This document shows, one piece after another, positions 24,238-37,787 of a stretch of 64,000 nt of DNA. Under the pieces are notes generated by a model. That model did no database searches and was not told the origin of the DNA. It worked only from the letters and a program-made list of their open reading frames with translations. The DNA is from Patellaria atrata CBS 101060 (lineage: Eukaryota): the NCBI GenBank assembly GCA_010093705.1, contig MU006092.1, positions 1,072,350 through 1,136,349 of the forward strand, in the 5' to 3' direction. Each line of letters begins with the position of its first letter. The first letter of the stretch is position 1. A program made the position numbers and the translations under genes.

Positions 24238-27200
24238 ATGTCTCTTCATCCATCGCGGTCGGCACACGGTCATCCAACGACCTTACCGAGTCCTCTTCGC
24301 CATGCATCAAACGCTTCTTCAGGATCATCCACGTATACGAATAATTCCGGTTACCCTCCCAGTCGATCTAGTACGTTATCATCTAATGCTTCAAGTAACT
24401 ATCAATATTCGAAAGGTGGCCATAAGAGGGGATTGAGCGAGGCAAGCGGCCTCTTGCATTCACCATCGGATGCAAACTTTGAAGCTGCAGACAATGCGTC
24501 ATCACAATATAAACAAATGCGCCAATCATTGCGACCTTTACCGCAAGTACCGGTATCATCACCACCACGGACTGAGTCAAAACCCACTTATTCGCATACT
24601 CGTTCTCAGAGTGTCGATCCGCCTAGCTCACCAGGGATCGATGGATCTGTCTCCCCCACTGCTAAATCCCGGCCTCATTCATTGGCAATATCTAGATCGG
24701 ACTCGGTGCGTGGTTCTCGCCCCAACTCACCGCATGTTCATTTCAGCACGCATATTGAACGACCGGACCTCCAAAGCTTCCAAAGATCGACAACCGGTCA
24801 TCTTCGGACGCTTTCAAGATTTGCGGAAAATGAGTCAGAGGCAGATTTTACCATTAAATCGCCAGATCAAGAAGTTGCCGGAATGCACGGGCGGATCAAA
24901 CTTCAACGATCAAGGTCTACAACCGGAAAGAAGGCAGTCGGCTTGATGGGTTGGGGAGGAGCAAGATGGATGGACCAACAGCGTCAATTCCTTCAGGCTT
25001 ACGAGTACCTTTGTCACATCGGTGAAGCAAAAGAATGGATTGAAGACGTTATCCATAAGCCAATACCTCCTGTGGTTCAACTGGAGGAAGCACTTCGTGA
25101 CGGTGTCACTCTGGCCGAAGTAGTGCAAGCTCTCCATCCAGAAAAGAGTTTCCGAATATTCCGAAATCCAAAATTACAATTTCGGCATTCTGACAATATC
25201 GCCCTATTCTTTAGATACTTAGCGGAAGTCGAGCTACCGGAACTCTTCAGGTTTGAACTTGTGGATCTCTACGAGAAGAAAAACATCCCAAAGGTTATCT
25301 ACTGTATACATGCACTCTCATGGCTACTTTTCCGCAAAGGTATCGTGGATTTCAGAATAGGTAATCTTGTTGGACAACTTCAATTCGAGGATCATGAGCT
25401 TGAAGCGACACAGAAGGGCCTTGATAAAGCCGGTGTTAGTATGCCTAATTTCAAGGGTATGAGTGCCAATTTCGACGTGGAACCAGAACCAGAACCTCAG
25501 GAAACCGAAGAGGATCGTATCAATCGAGAATTGGCCGAATACGAGGACACAATTGTGGATCTGCAGGCTCAGATTCGGGGATCTATACTCAGGATGCGGT
25601 TAGGCGACACTATGCAGCAGCTTTGGGATTCTGAAGAGTGGTTAATTGAATTCCAATCGAAGCTTCGAGGAGACTGGGCAAGAGAAATCTTTCGGTACCG
25701 ACAAGATATGAAGATTTTCGCTGTCAACCTTCAAAGTGCAGTAAGAGGTTTTCTTATCCGGTCCAGCCAACGCGACGAGGAGGAATACTGGAACCACAAC
25801 CAGCGGGAGGTAGTGCTGATGCAGAGTCTTGCTAGAGGTAGGAAAGCACGAGCTGAGACCCAAAGGTTGCAAACAAAGCTACAACGACAGGAGAACGGCA
25901 TCAGAAGCTTACAAGCTGCTGTACGCGGTGCGTTGAAGAGAAAGGAAGTAGGTGACCAGTGGCACGAGTCAAGAGAAGTTGAATCCACTGTAATCGATTT
26001 GCAGACCATTATCCGAGGAGCCTTGCAACGAAAAAGGTTCGACCAACAGCATGCAGAAACGAAGAGTGCGGAATCACATGTTGCTCTTCTGCAAGCTGCA
26101 GCGCGTGGTATGCTGCAACGCCGTATCAAGCAGACTGAACGGACCTCTTTGAAGCAGCAGGAATCCTTCATTGTGAAGCTTCAGGCTGCTATGCGTGCAT
26201 CTGGCGTTCGACATATCCAGGACCAGGTGCAGAAAACCCTCAATCACAGTGCTGTTGAATGGACCGGCTTACAATCCGTCGCTCGTGCTGCAGTTGCGAG
26301 ACGCGGCATAGCTCGGCTACGGGACGATCTTCATTCCCACGAAGACGAGTTCATTTCTCTACAAGCGTTGGCAAGGGCCGCGAGGATAAGGTCCGAGGTG
26401 GCGTCAATATTAAGTGCGTTCGCGGCTCGCGAAGACCGGATACTCGAGTTACAGTCCACTGCAAGAGGGCATATGCTGAGAAGGGGATACCGAGGAGACA
26501 TCAAGGCGCTCCAGAAAAGCGTCCCAAGCATCGTCGCATTGCAATCCGCAGTACAGGGCTACCTAGTTCGACAGAGGGTGTATGATCAAGTTTGTGAACT
26601 ACATGATCATGAACAAGAGATCATTGAACTCCAAGGGTTGGCTCGGGCTATGCTTGTACGAATGCAAGTAGGCAACGTGCTCAATAACCTCGACTCCCAA
26701 GAAGAGGTGACTGTGCAACTACAAGCACTTGCTCGTGCTAAACTCGTTCGAACCAAATTCATCGAGAAGAAGAAATTTTTCAAAGAGAACATGGAGAAAG
26801 TTATCAAGATCCAGAGTTTTGTTCGCGCGAGACAACAAGGAGAAGCGTATAAGAGCTTAACAAGCGGCAAGAATCCCCCAGTCGGAACGGTCAAGAATTT
26901 TGTTCATCTTCTCAATGACAGCGACTTCGACTTCGATGAAGAGATAGGTAAGAATAACTTCCTCAATCTATAACTTAATTTGCTGATTGCCACTTGTAGA
27001 ATTTGAGAGACTTCGCAAAACTGTTGTCCAATCCGTCCGACAAAATGAGATGGCTGAACAGTACATTGATCAACTCGATATCAAGATTGCGCTGCTTGTC
27101 AAAAACAAAATCACCCTTGATGAGGTAGTGAAGCATCAAAAGCATTACGGTGGACATGTTGGCCATCTCCTGTCGAATAGAGAACTCTCGTCCAAAGATC

Positions 27201-29401
27201 CTTTCGATCTTAAGGCTCTGAACAAGAACTCAAGAAGGAAGCTCGAGCATTACCAGGAACTTTTCTTCATGCTTCAAACCCAGCCACAATACCTCAGCCG
27301 CTTGTTTAGAAGAATACGGGAACAAAATACCCCCGATAGTGAATGTAAGCGTATTGAACAGTTAATGATGGGTCTGTTTGGGTTTGCGCAGAAACGAAGA
27401 GAAGAGTACTACCTGCTGAAGCTGATATCCAAGTCTATCAGAGAAGAGGTGGATTCATGTGCATCATTGCAGGACTATCTTCGAGGCAACTTCTTCTGGA
27501 ATAAGATCTTTGGCAGTTACATTCGATCTCCGCGCGACCGAAAATTCTTGAAGGACGTGTTAGGACCTCTCATCAAAGAAAACATCATTGAAAACGAAGG
27601 ACTTGACCTAGAGAGTGATCCGATGCAGATTTACCGGTCTGAGATCAACAACGAAGAACTGCGAACCGGACAAAGGAGCAGAAGGAATCCAGATGTACCC
27701 CGAGATCAAGCCATCAAAGACCCAGAAACGAGAGCCACTTTCGTTCGCCATCTGGAGGATCTTAGAGACATTACCGACTTGGTCTTCGCGTCATTGGAGG
27801 ACTTGCTTCATCGTATGCCTTACGGAGTGCGATTTGTCGCTCAGCAGAAGTTTGAGTCCCTTCGTGCTAGATTTCAATATGAAGATGAGCGACATCTCTT
27901 GCAGATTGTTGGGCAGTGGGTGTGGAAAACCTATCTTCAACAAGCTTTGATCTCTCCAGAGATATGGGGAGTTGTAGACAGAGGACTATCACCTCTCCAG
28001 AAACGCAACTTATCAGAAGTTGCTAATGTGCTAAACCAAGTCGCCGCGGGGAGACTATTTACCGAGGAGAATGTCTATCTACAACCGCTTAACGCTTATG
28101 TCACCGAGGCTATTGAGCGGTTAGAAGAGATCTGGACTGGCTGTGAGTAATTGACACCCAAGTATCGGAATCTGGCTAACTTTCTTGCAGTGATTAACGT
28201 GCGCGACGCTGAAGCTCAGTTTGATATCGATGAGTTCAATGACCTTTATGCTCGCACTAAGCCAACTCTCTTCATCAAGTTAGCAGACATTTTCTCTATC
28301 CACAAGCTCATTGTTAACGACATATCTTACCTCTGTCCGAATCAGGACGACATTCTCCGAGAAACTATCAGAGAACTTGGAAGCGCGAAGAACAACGAAA
28401 ATGATCTAATAGGTGTTAGCTCCACCGAAATCTGCCTCACGTTGAATCCAAAGCTCCATGACGTCGAAGACCCTGAAGAAGCAGTCAAAGCTCTGTTTAT
28501 GGAGACGAAACGGTGTCTTCTCTATATCATTCGCGTCCAAACCGGTTCTAACCTTATGGAAATCATGGTCAAGCCGATCACTCCCGAAGATGAAGACAGA
28601 TGGGAGCAACTTATCCGTGATGAGCTACTTCCCGCACAGAATACCAACAATAAAGCACGGGGCGCATACACATCTGACGCTACCACCCTCCTCGACATTA
28701 CCACTCTCACATATGCCGAACTTAAGCGCACTGCTCTCGAGAATATCATGGCCCTTGAAGAAGCAAGAGCTATCTCGCGCCATAACCACTGGCAAGACCT
28801 CCTAAATACTATAGCACTGGACATTCGTACTAAGCACCGAAGGCGGATACAACGTGCCCGCGAATTGGAAGGTGTACGTGCCACACTAGCCAATTTGGAC
28901 GAAAAAGCAGTGTATCTCGAACAACAACTGAAGAGTTACAATGACTACATTGAGCAGGCCATGATAACTCTGCAAAATAAGAAGGGTAAAAAAAGATTCC
29001 TTCTACCGTTCACTAAACAGTACAACCACGAGAAGGAACTCCAGCGATCAGGAAAAATCCCCAAATTTGGTTCGTACAAGTACTCCGCCCGCGACCTCGC
29101 CACAAAGGGCGTGCTTGTCGAATGGAAGGGTTACTCTGAGCGCCAATGGGATAAGATCAACCTTACCATTTCCAGTGACGAGGTCGGTGTGTTCCATATC
29201 GAAGGCTCAGCCGGTAGTATGATGATCCCTGGCGCAAGCGCATCTGTGCCTCTAGACGATCTGTTACAAGCCCAGTTCAATAACTGTCAATTTATGAATC
29301 TCTTCGGAACCGACAGAGGAAGCGCTGGAGATGGCGCATTGAAACTCAACGTCAATTTATTTTTGCATCTTGTTTTCAAGAAATTTTATCGCGACGAATA
29401 A
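24238..29401 (+). CDS. IQG1: IQGAP (Iqg1/Rng2/SepG-like); exons 24238-26947, 27000-28142, 28191-29401
   Basis: CH domain (QAYEYLCHIGEAKEWIE..LRDGV..KNIPKVIYCIHALS), many IQ repeats (LQxxxRG), RasGAP-like and RasGAP_C regions. Introns 26948-26999 and 28143-28190. Confidence 0.95.
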
Positions 29402-30167
29402 ACCCAGGTGGTTCGCAGGCCAGAGGTAATATTAGGACATTTAGAATATTCTTTTCGAATGAGTTGTTGTACGGTAGGAGGAGACGGCAGTCGTGGTACT
29501 TTAAGTTTCTTCGATTCTTGTATACCCCATACTTGAACGGGATTTTGTCTTGGATAGACATGGTGGGAGAGGATACCGCATATTGGTAGGGTAGGAGTAT
29601 TGTTTAGCGTGTTAGAACTGACTGTGCATGTGTGGAGCGTTTGGGCTGGGTTGGATGCGTACAGGAAGAATGTATTTGACATCGCATGGCATCCGACGTA
29701 ATGGCATATATTCACCTCATGAAAAGCTCAGTACCGTAGTAGAAATGTGTAAACACCTCCAGTTCGTATAAGTATACGATGGATTGACGTGTATTGTACC
29801 GCAAGGTCTAAGGGTCAAATTAACGAATTTGCTTATCGATAGGACCTATTACATTCGCACACGACGCGAAGGATCGAATCTTTTCACATTTTCGCCATGG
29901 AGAGATGTCAGATATCATACCGCAGGAAAGAAGATCAACTAACGATGTACTTTCTTAAAGCATATATAATGGAAACTTTCGATTCTTTACATTTAAATTC
30001 TGGTGATAACCCGATCCGAAATTTTTGATTTGACGAAGATCGGATTTTTATTGTCAATCTCTCTGTTCGACCTTCAGAAATATACGCGAAACTGTAAGAG
30101 CTCTTGTTCATTGAGTCTCATACTTTCATACCCGAAGATTTAACCGAATCTCTCTACTAATTTCCCA

Positions 30168-31220
30168 ATGTCTTCTTTTCCTCAGTCTTATCTTTTTAGT
30201 ATTCATGACATCCCAGATGCTGGCAGAGGTGTCGTCGCCATAGAACATATATCTACCAGAACACACCTGCTGACTGCCGCGGAACCATATGTCAACGTGA
30301 TACTTCATGAGTATCAACGCGAAGTGTGCGCCTACTGTTTCGCCTACAACGCTGGTCGGAACCATCCTATCCGCAATAATGAGATCGGATCTTCCTTCTG
30401 CTCAGACAAATGTAGAGCCAAATTCCTCGAATTGGTTGAAGACGATGGTATTGAGGCTCTGAAAGCGCTACATGCTTTCACCAAAGGCAAGCCTGAGCCT
30501 ACAGCGGAGACTCCTGACCAGGGAGAAGTGACCCCACCCACTGAAGAAGACATATCGGCTGCATGGGATGTTGCCGAGCACACCGCTACTTCTATTCGGG
30601 CCGCTCGTACCGGTTCTATGCGTTCAAAGGCGGATTCCAAACTTCTGAGAGCTGCACAGAGTGGACCGGTGTCAAAATCAGTCCTCAGCTTACTACTCTC
30701 AGGCATACTATACCGCCGTCTAAGTGCCTCGAGATGGTCATATTTCGAATCACTTGTCCCTGACCCGCGTCCCTACAAGTCATCTGCGCAACTGGAAACG
30801 CATGTACGGTCCTACTTGCAGCTTCTGACGCTGGTATCAACATCACTCCTACCTATGGCGACTACAGAGATTTGTATGACGATGGCGTCGCGAGACTCGT
30901 GGAATAGCTTTGGGATTCGGTCGACAGAAGATGGCGGTGATGAATTCTTTGGTTGGGGTGTGTGGCCTGGAGCTAGCTTTTGGAATCATTCATGTGATCC
31001 TAACATTGGAAAGGAGAGGGTTGGAAGAGCTTGGAAGTTCTGGGCGGCGAAGGAGATAATGGAGGGAGATGAGTTGTGTATCAGCTATCTGGGCGGTGAG
31101 GAAAAAGAATTATCTGTGGAGGAGAGGAGGAGGAGATTGAGGGCCACATGGGGATTTGAATGTCGGTGTAGGAAATGTTATGTTGAAGAGAGGGCAACTA
31201 ACATTGCTTCTAACGGCTAG
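30168..31220 (+). CDS. SET domain methyltransferase with split MYND-like zinc finger (SMYD/Set6-like)
   Basis: GRGVVA, CAYC..FCSDKC, NSFGI, ASFWNHSCDPN, GDELCISYL, post-SET WGFECRCRKC. Confidence 0.9.
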   Translation: MSSFPQSYLFSIHDIPDAGRGVVAIEHISTRTHLLTAAEPYVNVILHEYQREVCAYCFAYNAGRNHPIRNNEIGSSFCSDKCRAKFLELVEDDGIEALKALHAFTKGKPEPTAETPDQGEVTPPTEEDISAAWDVAEHTATSIRAARTGSMRSKADSKLLRAAQSGPVSKSVLSLLLSGILYRRLSASRWSYFESLVPDPRPYKSSAQLETHVRSYLQLLTLVSTSLLPMATTEICMTMASRDSWNSFGIRSTEDGGDEFFGWGVWPGASFWNHSCDPNIGKERVGRAWKFWAAKEIMEGDELCISYLGGEEKELSVEERRRRLRATWGFECRCRKCYVEERATNIASNG

Positions 31221-33191
31221 ACAGCGAGCAAATCGTATAAGGCTTGCAACAGGTATTTTAAGTTCTAATTACTTTATTATAAAATCCTCATTGCGGAATA
31301 ACAGACTACTGATGCTTAGCTATTTCCCTTCTGAGTGCTCCTCGCATTACAACGAGCCCCTGGAACCTGTATTTCCCACATGTTTCTCCAAGCACACCGC
31401 TAAACGCATACACGAACTTTTTTTTTCTCTCATTATTCTTTCCGGTAACGACATTCCTGCATGCACGCATAAACCACTCTGTCCCGTGGTGCTGCACTGC
31501 CAACTCAGTGTTCTCCCATGGAGCCATGACGTTTCTTCCTCCCGCAGTCCATTTTTCTGGCTCGGCTTTACCTTAAATATCTTTCCCTTTTCAAGTTTTC
31601 TTCCTTTCTTTTTTCAATTCAGACATTCTAACCTACAGGGTTACTGATCCAGCAGACAGTTGACTATGAGTCATAGACTATTGTTGGAGACCTAATACGG
31701 ATTATATACGAGATATGAGCTCTATTTGTTTTTCTGGGCTACTTCCAGCAAGATCAGTGATGCAATTTTCTTTGGGGATTGTTAAAATAAGATAATTTGC
31801 TGGACTCGTTGGGCTCATTGCACTAAGGAGAGATGAATTTGCCGACTCATTATACCTACCACTCAGCTGGACAGTCTTCCAGTTCTGCAAAACTAGTCTC
31901 ATTCTTGCTCCTGGAAAACGCTTCGTCATTTCGACCATTGATGGATTCGTCACATATGTTCCAATGCACTGGCAACCTAAGGACAAACTATTAAGATAGA
32001 ATTCCTCAATTCGAAAAATCCTATTATCACCTCAAGTGATATCGGATATCCAACTCATTCAGTCCTGCTGGATTCTCATAACACTCATGCAGAGAAATTG
32101 GCAACTGCTTTTCTGTCCTAAAGATTTGACTCCCGTTTGCTAATATATTCGGCGGGAGAGTTAAGACAAGGGCTAAGCCCAGTAGTCAAAGTTATTGTCC
32201 CTGCTTTCGTCCTTTTCAACCGTACGCAGAACGATCTTGAATCCCCATTATCCTACCTTCCGGTGGCCCGTCTTTCGTGGTAGCACACTACGAAAACATC
32301 TATTGGTGGGGCCTTTGAGACGTTCGCGCACCTAACTCTGCGAATCTTTTGATCGAAGAAGTTATTTTGCTTCTTTCAAAGAGACTACGCATCGGCCAAT
32401 TGATTTTCGAACTGGGAAATTCGGGCATTTGGGTTCCCAACATCGAGAGTGACTGTTTCTGGGACTTTCGAGAACGGAACTGGCTCCGGCTACTTTTAGT
32501 TGTTACTGGACTTTAGGACCAAAATACGGAATCTATAGAATTTTCTGTGCATTGTTGTGGTATTTGTATAAAGCGGCCCCCTGTTTTTGGTCCACTGCGG
32601 AAACGATGATCTTTGAGTTTGTATGTCCGTCCAACCAACCGTGGGCGAGCACAACATACCTTCAGAGAATACCTGATTCCTTTCGTCTCCGAGAAGATCG
32701 ACCCAGGGTTGTCAGTCATGGGGACAAGGTCCGCTTCTTATTGGAAAGCATTGCATTCTCGAGAATGTCCGCCTCACAGAGGTAATCGCACCTAAACCCG
32801 ATCTCTGGACCAGCCGTTCAATCGGTATTATTTTAGGGAGGAAGTGACTTGGCTTAGGAAGAAGCTGCGTCCATAACTAGTAGCTTTCCTCTTTCTCTTT
32901 GCCCTGGAAGGGGACCAGGCCAATTAACCGCTAACTTATCTATTTTCTTCCTTCCTGAATTATATGTAAGAGCTACGGTTGTGAGTGGAAAATTTGCAAA
33001 TTCTACCTCTGGTTTCAGAAATCCATCAATTGACAAGGTATTCTGTGTTGAATTTCCCGCAAGCTCACACCGACAAGAGTTTTGATACGACCTCTACAGC
33101 GATCAACGATGGACACGTTTAATCCCTCTCAATTTCGTAGAGACGAATGGATTTATCTCGGTAGGGTACCGTCAATCGAGCCATTTCTCTC

Positions 33192-33916
33192 TTTTTTTTT
33201 TTTAAAAAAAAAATCCATTGCATTGCATTATCTACAATACTGCGCATGTAGCCTCTAGGGCTATGGTGCTACTCTTCTATTCACATAAATCCCTATCCTA
33301 GGGCAATAATATGTCTAGTGAGAGTGTCTGAGGAGTGAAACTCTCCAGTTGTCCAAACTTTGCAGTCTAAGTCAAGCTTTTTGAAAAAGTGAACCAACTC
33401 CACTGTATCCTTTGCTCCTCAATTCCCTGCATTATATTTCAATCTAGTTTTTCCCCTGTATGCTATCATTTTTAATACGTTTCTTGTTCTTCTCCATTTA
33501 TTTCTCTTGTATGTAGAAGCCATTTAGCTGTTGAGATCTGTGTATTATGTAGGTATTGGAAGAGTACTTCTTTCCCCTTCTCTGTACAAAAGAGCTTTGT
33601 TAATCTCATTCTTGACTTTAGCTGCTTCTCCATGATTTTGCGTTCCTTGGAGTAATGTTTGCAGTGAAGAACCAGGTGCCTTGGGCTCTGGATAAACTTG
33701 CAGTCTTCAAAACATTTCCCTTTAATATTCTTTCCGATTCTCTTGGAGTATGATTTGAAGAAGCCTGCTCCACTCTTTAGCTGAAAGAATGCTGCTTGAG
33801 TCCTTTTTGGATATTTTGGCATCGATGATTTGGTTGAGAATGAGATTGCTGCTCTGCAAACTTGGGTGTAGTGCTTCCCTTGTCTTTTAGGATTTATTTC
33901 CCATTGCCTTTTCCAA
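33192..33916 (-). mobile_element. 5'-truncated non-LTR retrotransposon (Tad1-like LINE): ORF2 C-terminus, 3' UTR and poly(A), with 10-bp TSD
   Basis: WKRQW..FFQLKSGAG..CFEDC..QSPRHLVLHC post-RNaseH zinc-binding region; A-tail appears as the T run at 33192-33203; direct repeat CATTTCTCTC at 33182-33191 and 33917-33926. Confidence 0.88.
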
Positions 33917-34919
33917 CATTTCTCTCATTCGCTTGGTCTGTCATAGCCGCTTTCAGACGCAATGAGTTAGCCGCACATTGCTCTGGTTCTCTGTTGGGGA
34001 GATCCGAGCTTAAGGTTACACCCTCACGAAGATGCAATATTTATTCACTCATCTTAAGGATCTGAATCCAGCACATCTGCTGCACCTATCACCATGAAAA
34101 TACCGAAAAGAACCTCTTACCGTTAAAGGACTTTTGGAAAACCTTAAATGAGTTGGATGATATTGGAGATGAATGCCACTGGATTCGTCAAGACAAACCG
34201 CTCTCAATTGCTCAGCCACAAAGACGACGAGACGGTTAAAGTACCAAAAATCGATGGTAGGTTGATTTAGGGACTGGTATTCAGTATGACTGTTTCTGCT
34301 TGGGGAAAAAATATATCAAAAAGATTAGAGCGGGTGTGTCCAACCAAGTCATTCAATAGATTTTGACGCGAGTCCATCTGGTTGTGATTCTGCAGATAGA
34401 TAATTGGACCCCGCGGAAGACACGGTGTACATTGGATTTTTAGCAGCGAGTTGTCATAGAAACTGTCTTCGGTCGGAAGAACATCTGCCTTTCTTACTTA
34501 CAAAGCTGTTCTCGTCTAGTTCAGCATCATTGCACCCGGACTCAAAGCCATCAATCACAGCGAGTATATTAGGTGTTCCCTTTGCTTCTGGTCAGAGGCG
34601 TAGCGAAAAGGACATTATGTCTCCATCCCGGTCCTGTAGCGATTGAAGTAACGCATATCGACCACATACTGCGGGACTGGAGTGCTCACACATACCATTG
34701 GGCGGAGACGTAGTCTGTGGGTCATGTGAGAAGATGAAAGGCCAATTGACTGATTGAGAGCTTGAAGTAGTCCGGAATGTAAGGAACGGTTCAGATGATT
34801 ACGTGGAGAGTTTTCATTCTTAAGAGTTTGGAAATAATAAATCTTTATTTGGTCTCTTCGAACATTCAGACAAATACATAGAGAGAAGTTGGCGATTTAA
34901 GGGATAAAAAAAGGGTCAA

Positions 34920-36130
34920 AGGACCAGTATGGTGGAACTCGAATCACAGGAACAGCCAGCAAGTTGGAAGGTATCAAACATTGCAGAACAAAGCATCGAG
35001 GATGATCTTGGGTGCCTTCAAGATTTCTCCAAGCATGGCTATGGAGATTGAAGCAGGCCTGCTCCTCCAGCTGTCAGATTTAAGAAGCTGTGCAATTCTT
35101 ATGCCCTCAGGACTTTGAAGTTCTACAAAAACCATCTAGTCAAAAGAGTTCTCTGGGAAGAGCGTGAAAGAGATGACTCAGATGCAACCTTAGACTCTGA
35201 CTCAGAAGCAGGCAATACTTCAATCAAGCATATCACAAGACCAAACACTCAGCTCCTGTCCTTGTTGAAGAGAACCCAGGAGTTTATCACTAACTGGAAG
35301 ATAGAAAAGATTTCTGTACATAATGCTCAACCTTGGAAGCCAAAGCTAAAGGCATTATTCATCATCCCCAGCAAGGATAAAGGAAAAGCATTAAACCAAT
35401 ACAATAAACTAATCAGAGATCTAGAAGAAGGTATGAAGGATGGGCTGGTCAGTGTTTACTACACTGATGGGTCTAAAGAAGGCAACAGAAATGCTGCAGG
35501 AGCATGCCAGATAGGAAACAATCAGCGCATTTTGTTTACCAGCAACTGGAATTTAGGAGATAGCGTTGAGATTATGGATGCAGAGGTATTTGCCATCCTC
35601 AAAGCGCTTGAAAGAGAAAAGACCCAATGTGAGAAGGGACAATCCCCTATCAAAAACCTATGGGTTTTTGTGGACAGCCAGGCAGCACTCAAAAGGCTAC
35701 AAAAGAACAGTGTTGAGGGAGGACAAGAATTAAGTGTGCTGATAACCAACCTATGCAATACTCTTACCAATGAATGGGAAGTGAAAATTACCTTCAGCTG
35801 GGTTCCTGGCCATAAGAACATCTTTAGGAATGATATAGCAGACAAACTGGCTAAGAAAGGACTGAACCGTAAACCTGATCTTTATTGATAGCCAAGCAGC
35901 AATCAAAAGACTCCAGAAGAAGTACCTTGAAGGAGGACAAGAATTGGTTACACTGATAAGCAACCAGTATGATATCCTGACAACAGAATGGGGCAGGAAT
36001 GTCAATTTCAGCTGGGTTCCAAGCCACAAAGGCATCTTTGGCAATGAGCTGGCAGACAAACTGGCCAAACTTGAACTGGCAAGGAAATCTGTACAAGCAT
36101 CATTCACCTCACTAAACCACCTCAAACGTA
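34920..36130 (+). mobile_element. Degenerate LINE ORF2 fragment: RT C-terminus plus RNase H, with a second partial RNase H copy
   Basis: PVWW..LQNKASRMILGAFKISPSMAMEIEA (frameshift near 35060), YTDGS, DAEVFAI, VDSQAA, WVPGH..RNDIADKLAK, then a repeat IDSQAA..WVPSH..GNELADKLAK. Confidence 0.88.
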
Positions 36131-37787
36131 TAAGCTTCATGTACATATAGCAATATACCTTTCAGCTTTCATCTAAGGTTAAGCCATGACAGTCACCCGT
36201 TTGAGTGCGTGGTATATAGTCTTCCCTATATCCTGCGTCTTTCTTCAACAACACTTACAGAGGGCTCCGACGAACCATCCAATTGAAAGAAAGGGTCATT
36301 GGACTGGAACAAATGTCTACTCCCATATTTCGGTTGTGGTAATTTCCAGACGAATCTTCGTTACGTAAGGCAAAAGAGTAATCAGATGGACTTGCCGACT
36401 TATATTAGGATCGACGACGGCCAAATATTCTATATGCAACCAATGGCCGAGCTGATGAATACTATTAGTGTATAAGCATAACGGAGCATATCAAGATCAG
36501 GCTATGATGTGCTTCGATATGGCCGATTGACGAGGCATACTTTTCTACGCCGGTCGAAGGCGGGAGGGAGGGAGACGGAATTCAATTCTCGTATTCCAAT
36601 GCGATCTCCAAATATCACCCGTTTCTCGTGTCTAGTTGAAATGGATCTCAAAATTTATGGATTGTCGAGAGAGAACAGTGAAGAGAGACCCAACGTATAG
36701 CTAAATGATGGGTGTCACGCTTGTTCAAACAGGTGACGTATTGTCAATCTGTCTAAAAGTAACCCGGTGGTATAAAATCTCCTTATTTGCCGCTTCTCCT
36801 GAGCTCTTTCAACTGATCTTCCAAGCGGACACGGCGTTTCTAAGCAGAGAAAGAAGAGTTTATTTTGAGGCTATGAAATTTGTTACTAGCCTCGGCACTA
36901 GACATATTCGGTCAATATTAGAGAGAAGACGGAGATATAATTCCAGAAGGGCGTTGAAATCAAAGGGGATCCTCCTCCTGTGTATGATGAGGGCATTAAT
37001 GAGCAGCAGCACTATGTCGTAGAGATGAAGCGTACTAGTATCGGGTGATGATGCTATTTATTAGAATAATTAATAGAATATCCATGGATAGCCACAGGGC
37101 ACTTGCAGAGGAGAAAGGATCCAGAAAATATACGCTCTACTTTCTCCAGTATCGATTCGTAATCTCTGTCGTAACTTGAACAAATCTCCAATTGGGTTCC
37201 TGCCTGGCTGGAAATGAGGAGAAATTAGAGATTTGTGAGACCGTAGACCTGACGCATATGACCATGCGGACCAACACCTTCAGTGCCAGCTGACAATAGT
37301 GATAACGTATACAAACGTATAGGGGTGTTTAGAGGTTGTGACTAGGAGATTCGCGATTTGCATACTGTCTGAATCCAACAAATTCCTGATTCACTGAGTA
37401 ATGGAAACCGTAGCGGTAATATTCGTTTCACGTACGCTCTGATTGATCATAAAAATATCTATAAATAAGAAAGTATGTACTCCATTAGAAAACTCAGCTC
37501 TCGTGCTCAAAGAAGCACATACCTAGGGTATCATGAACCTGGACTTACACCAAAAACTCCCTATACCCTCAGTATGGCCTTCTCAGGCACAGCTGCGACG
37601 TCCAGTTCGGCGCTACCAGCTACATCTGAACCGTCCTCTTTCTACCACTCGTGGAGTGGTCCAAGACGTTTTCCAACGTCCGCTAATCCTTCTAGCATCT
37701 CGTCCGTCGGATGCGCTCGTCATCACATATTTCAGATCGGACGGCGCTCAAAATCCGCGGAGTCACCTAGGAGGATAGACCCGCTTC

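Noticed and set aside
31700..34780. Coding-like fragments flanking the LINE insertion (also 36400-37100 and 39770-41230)
   Set aside because: Short ORFs with no recognisable motifs or consistent splice model; may be old pseudogenes but unsupported.
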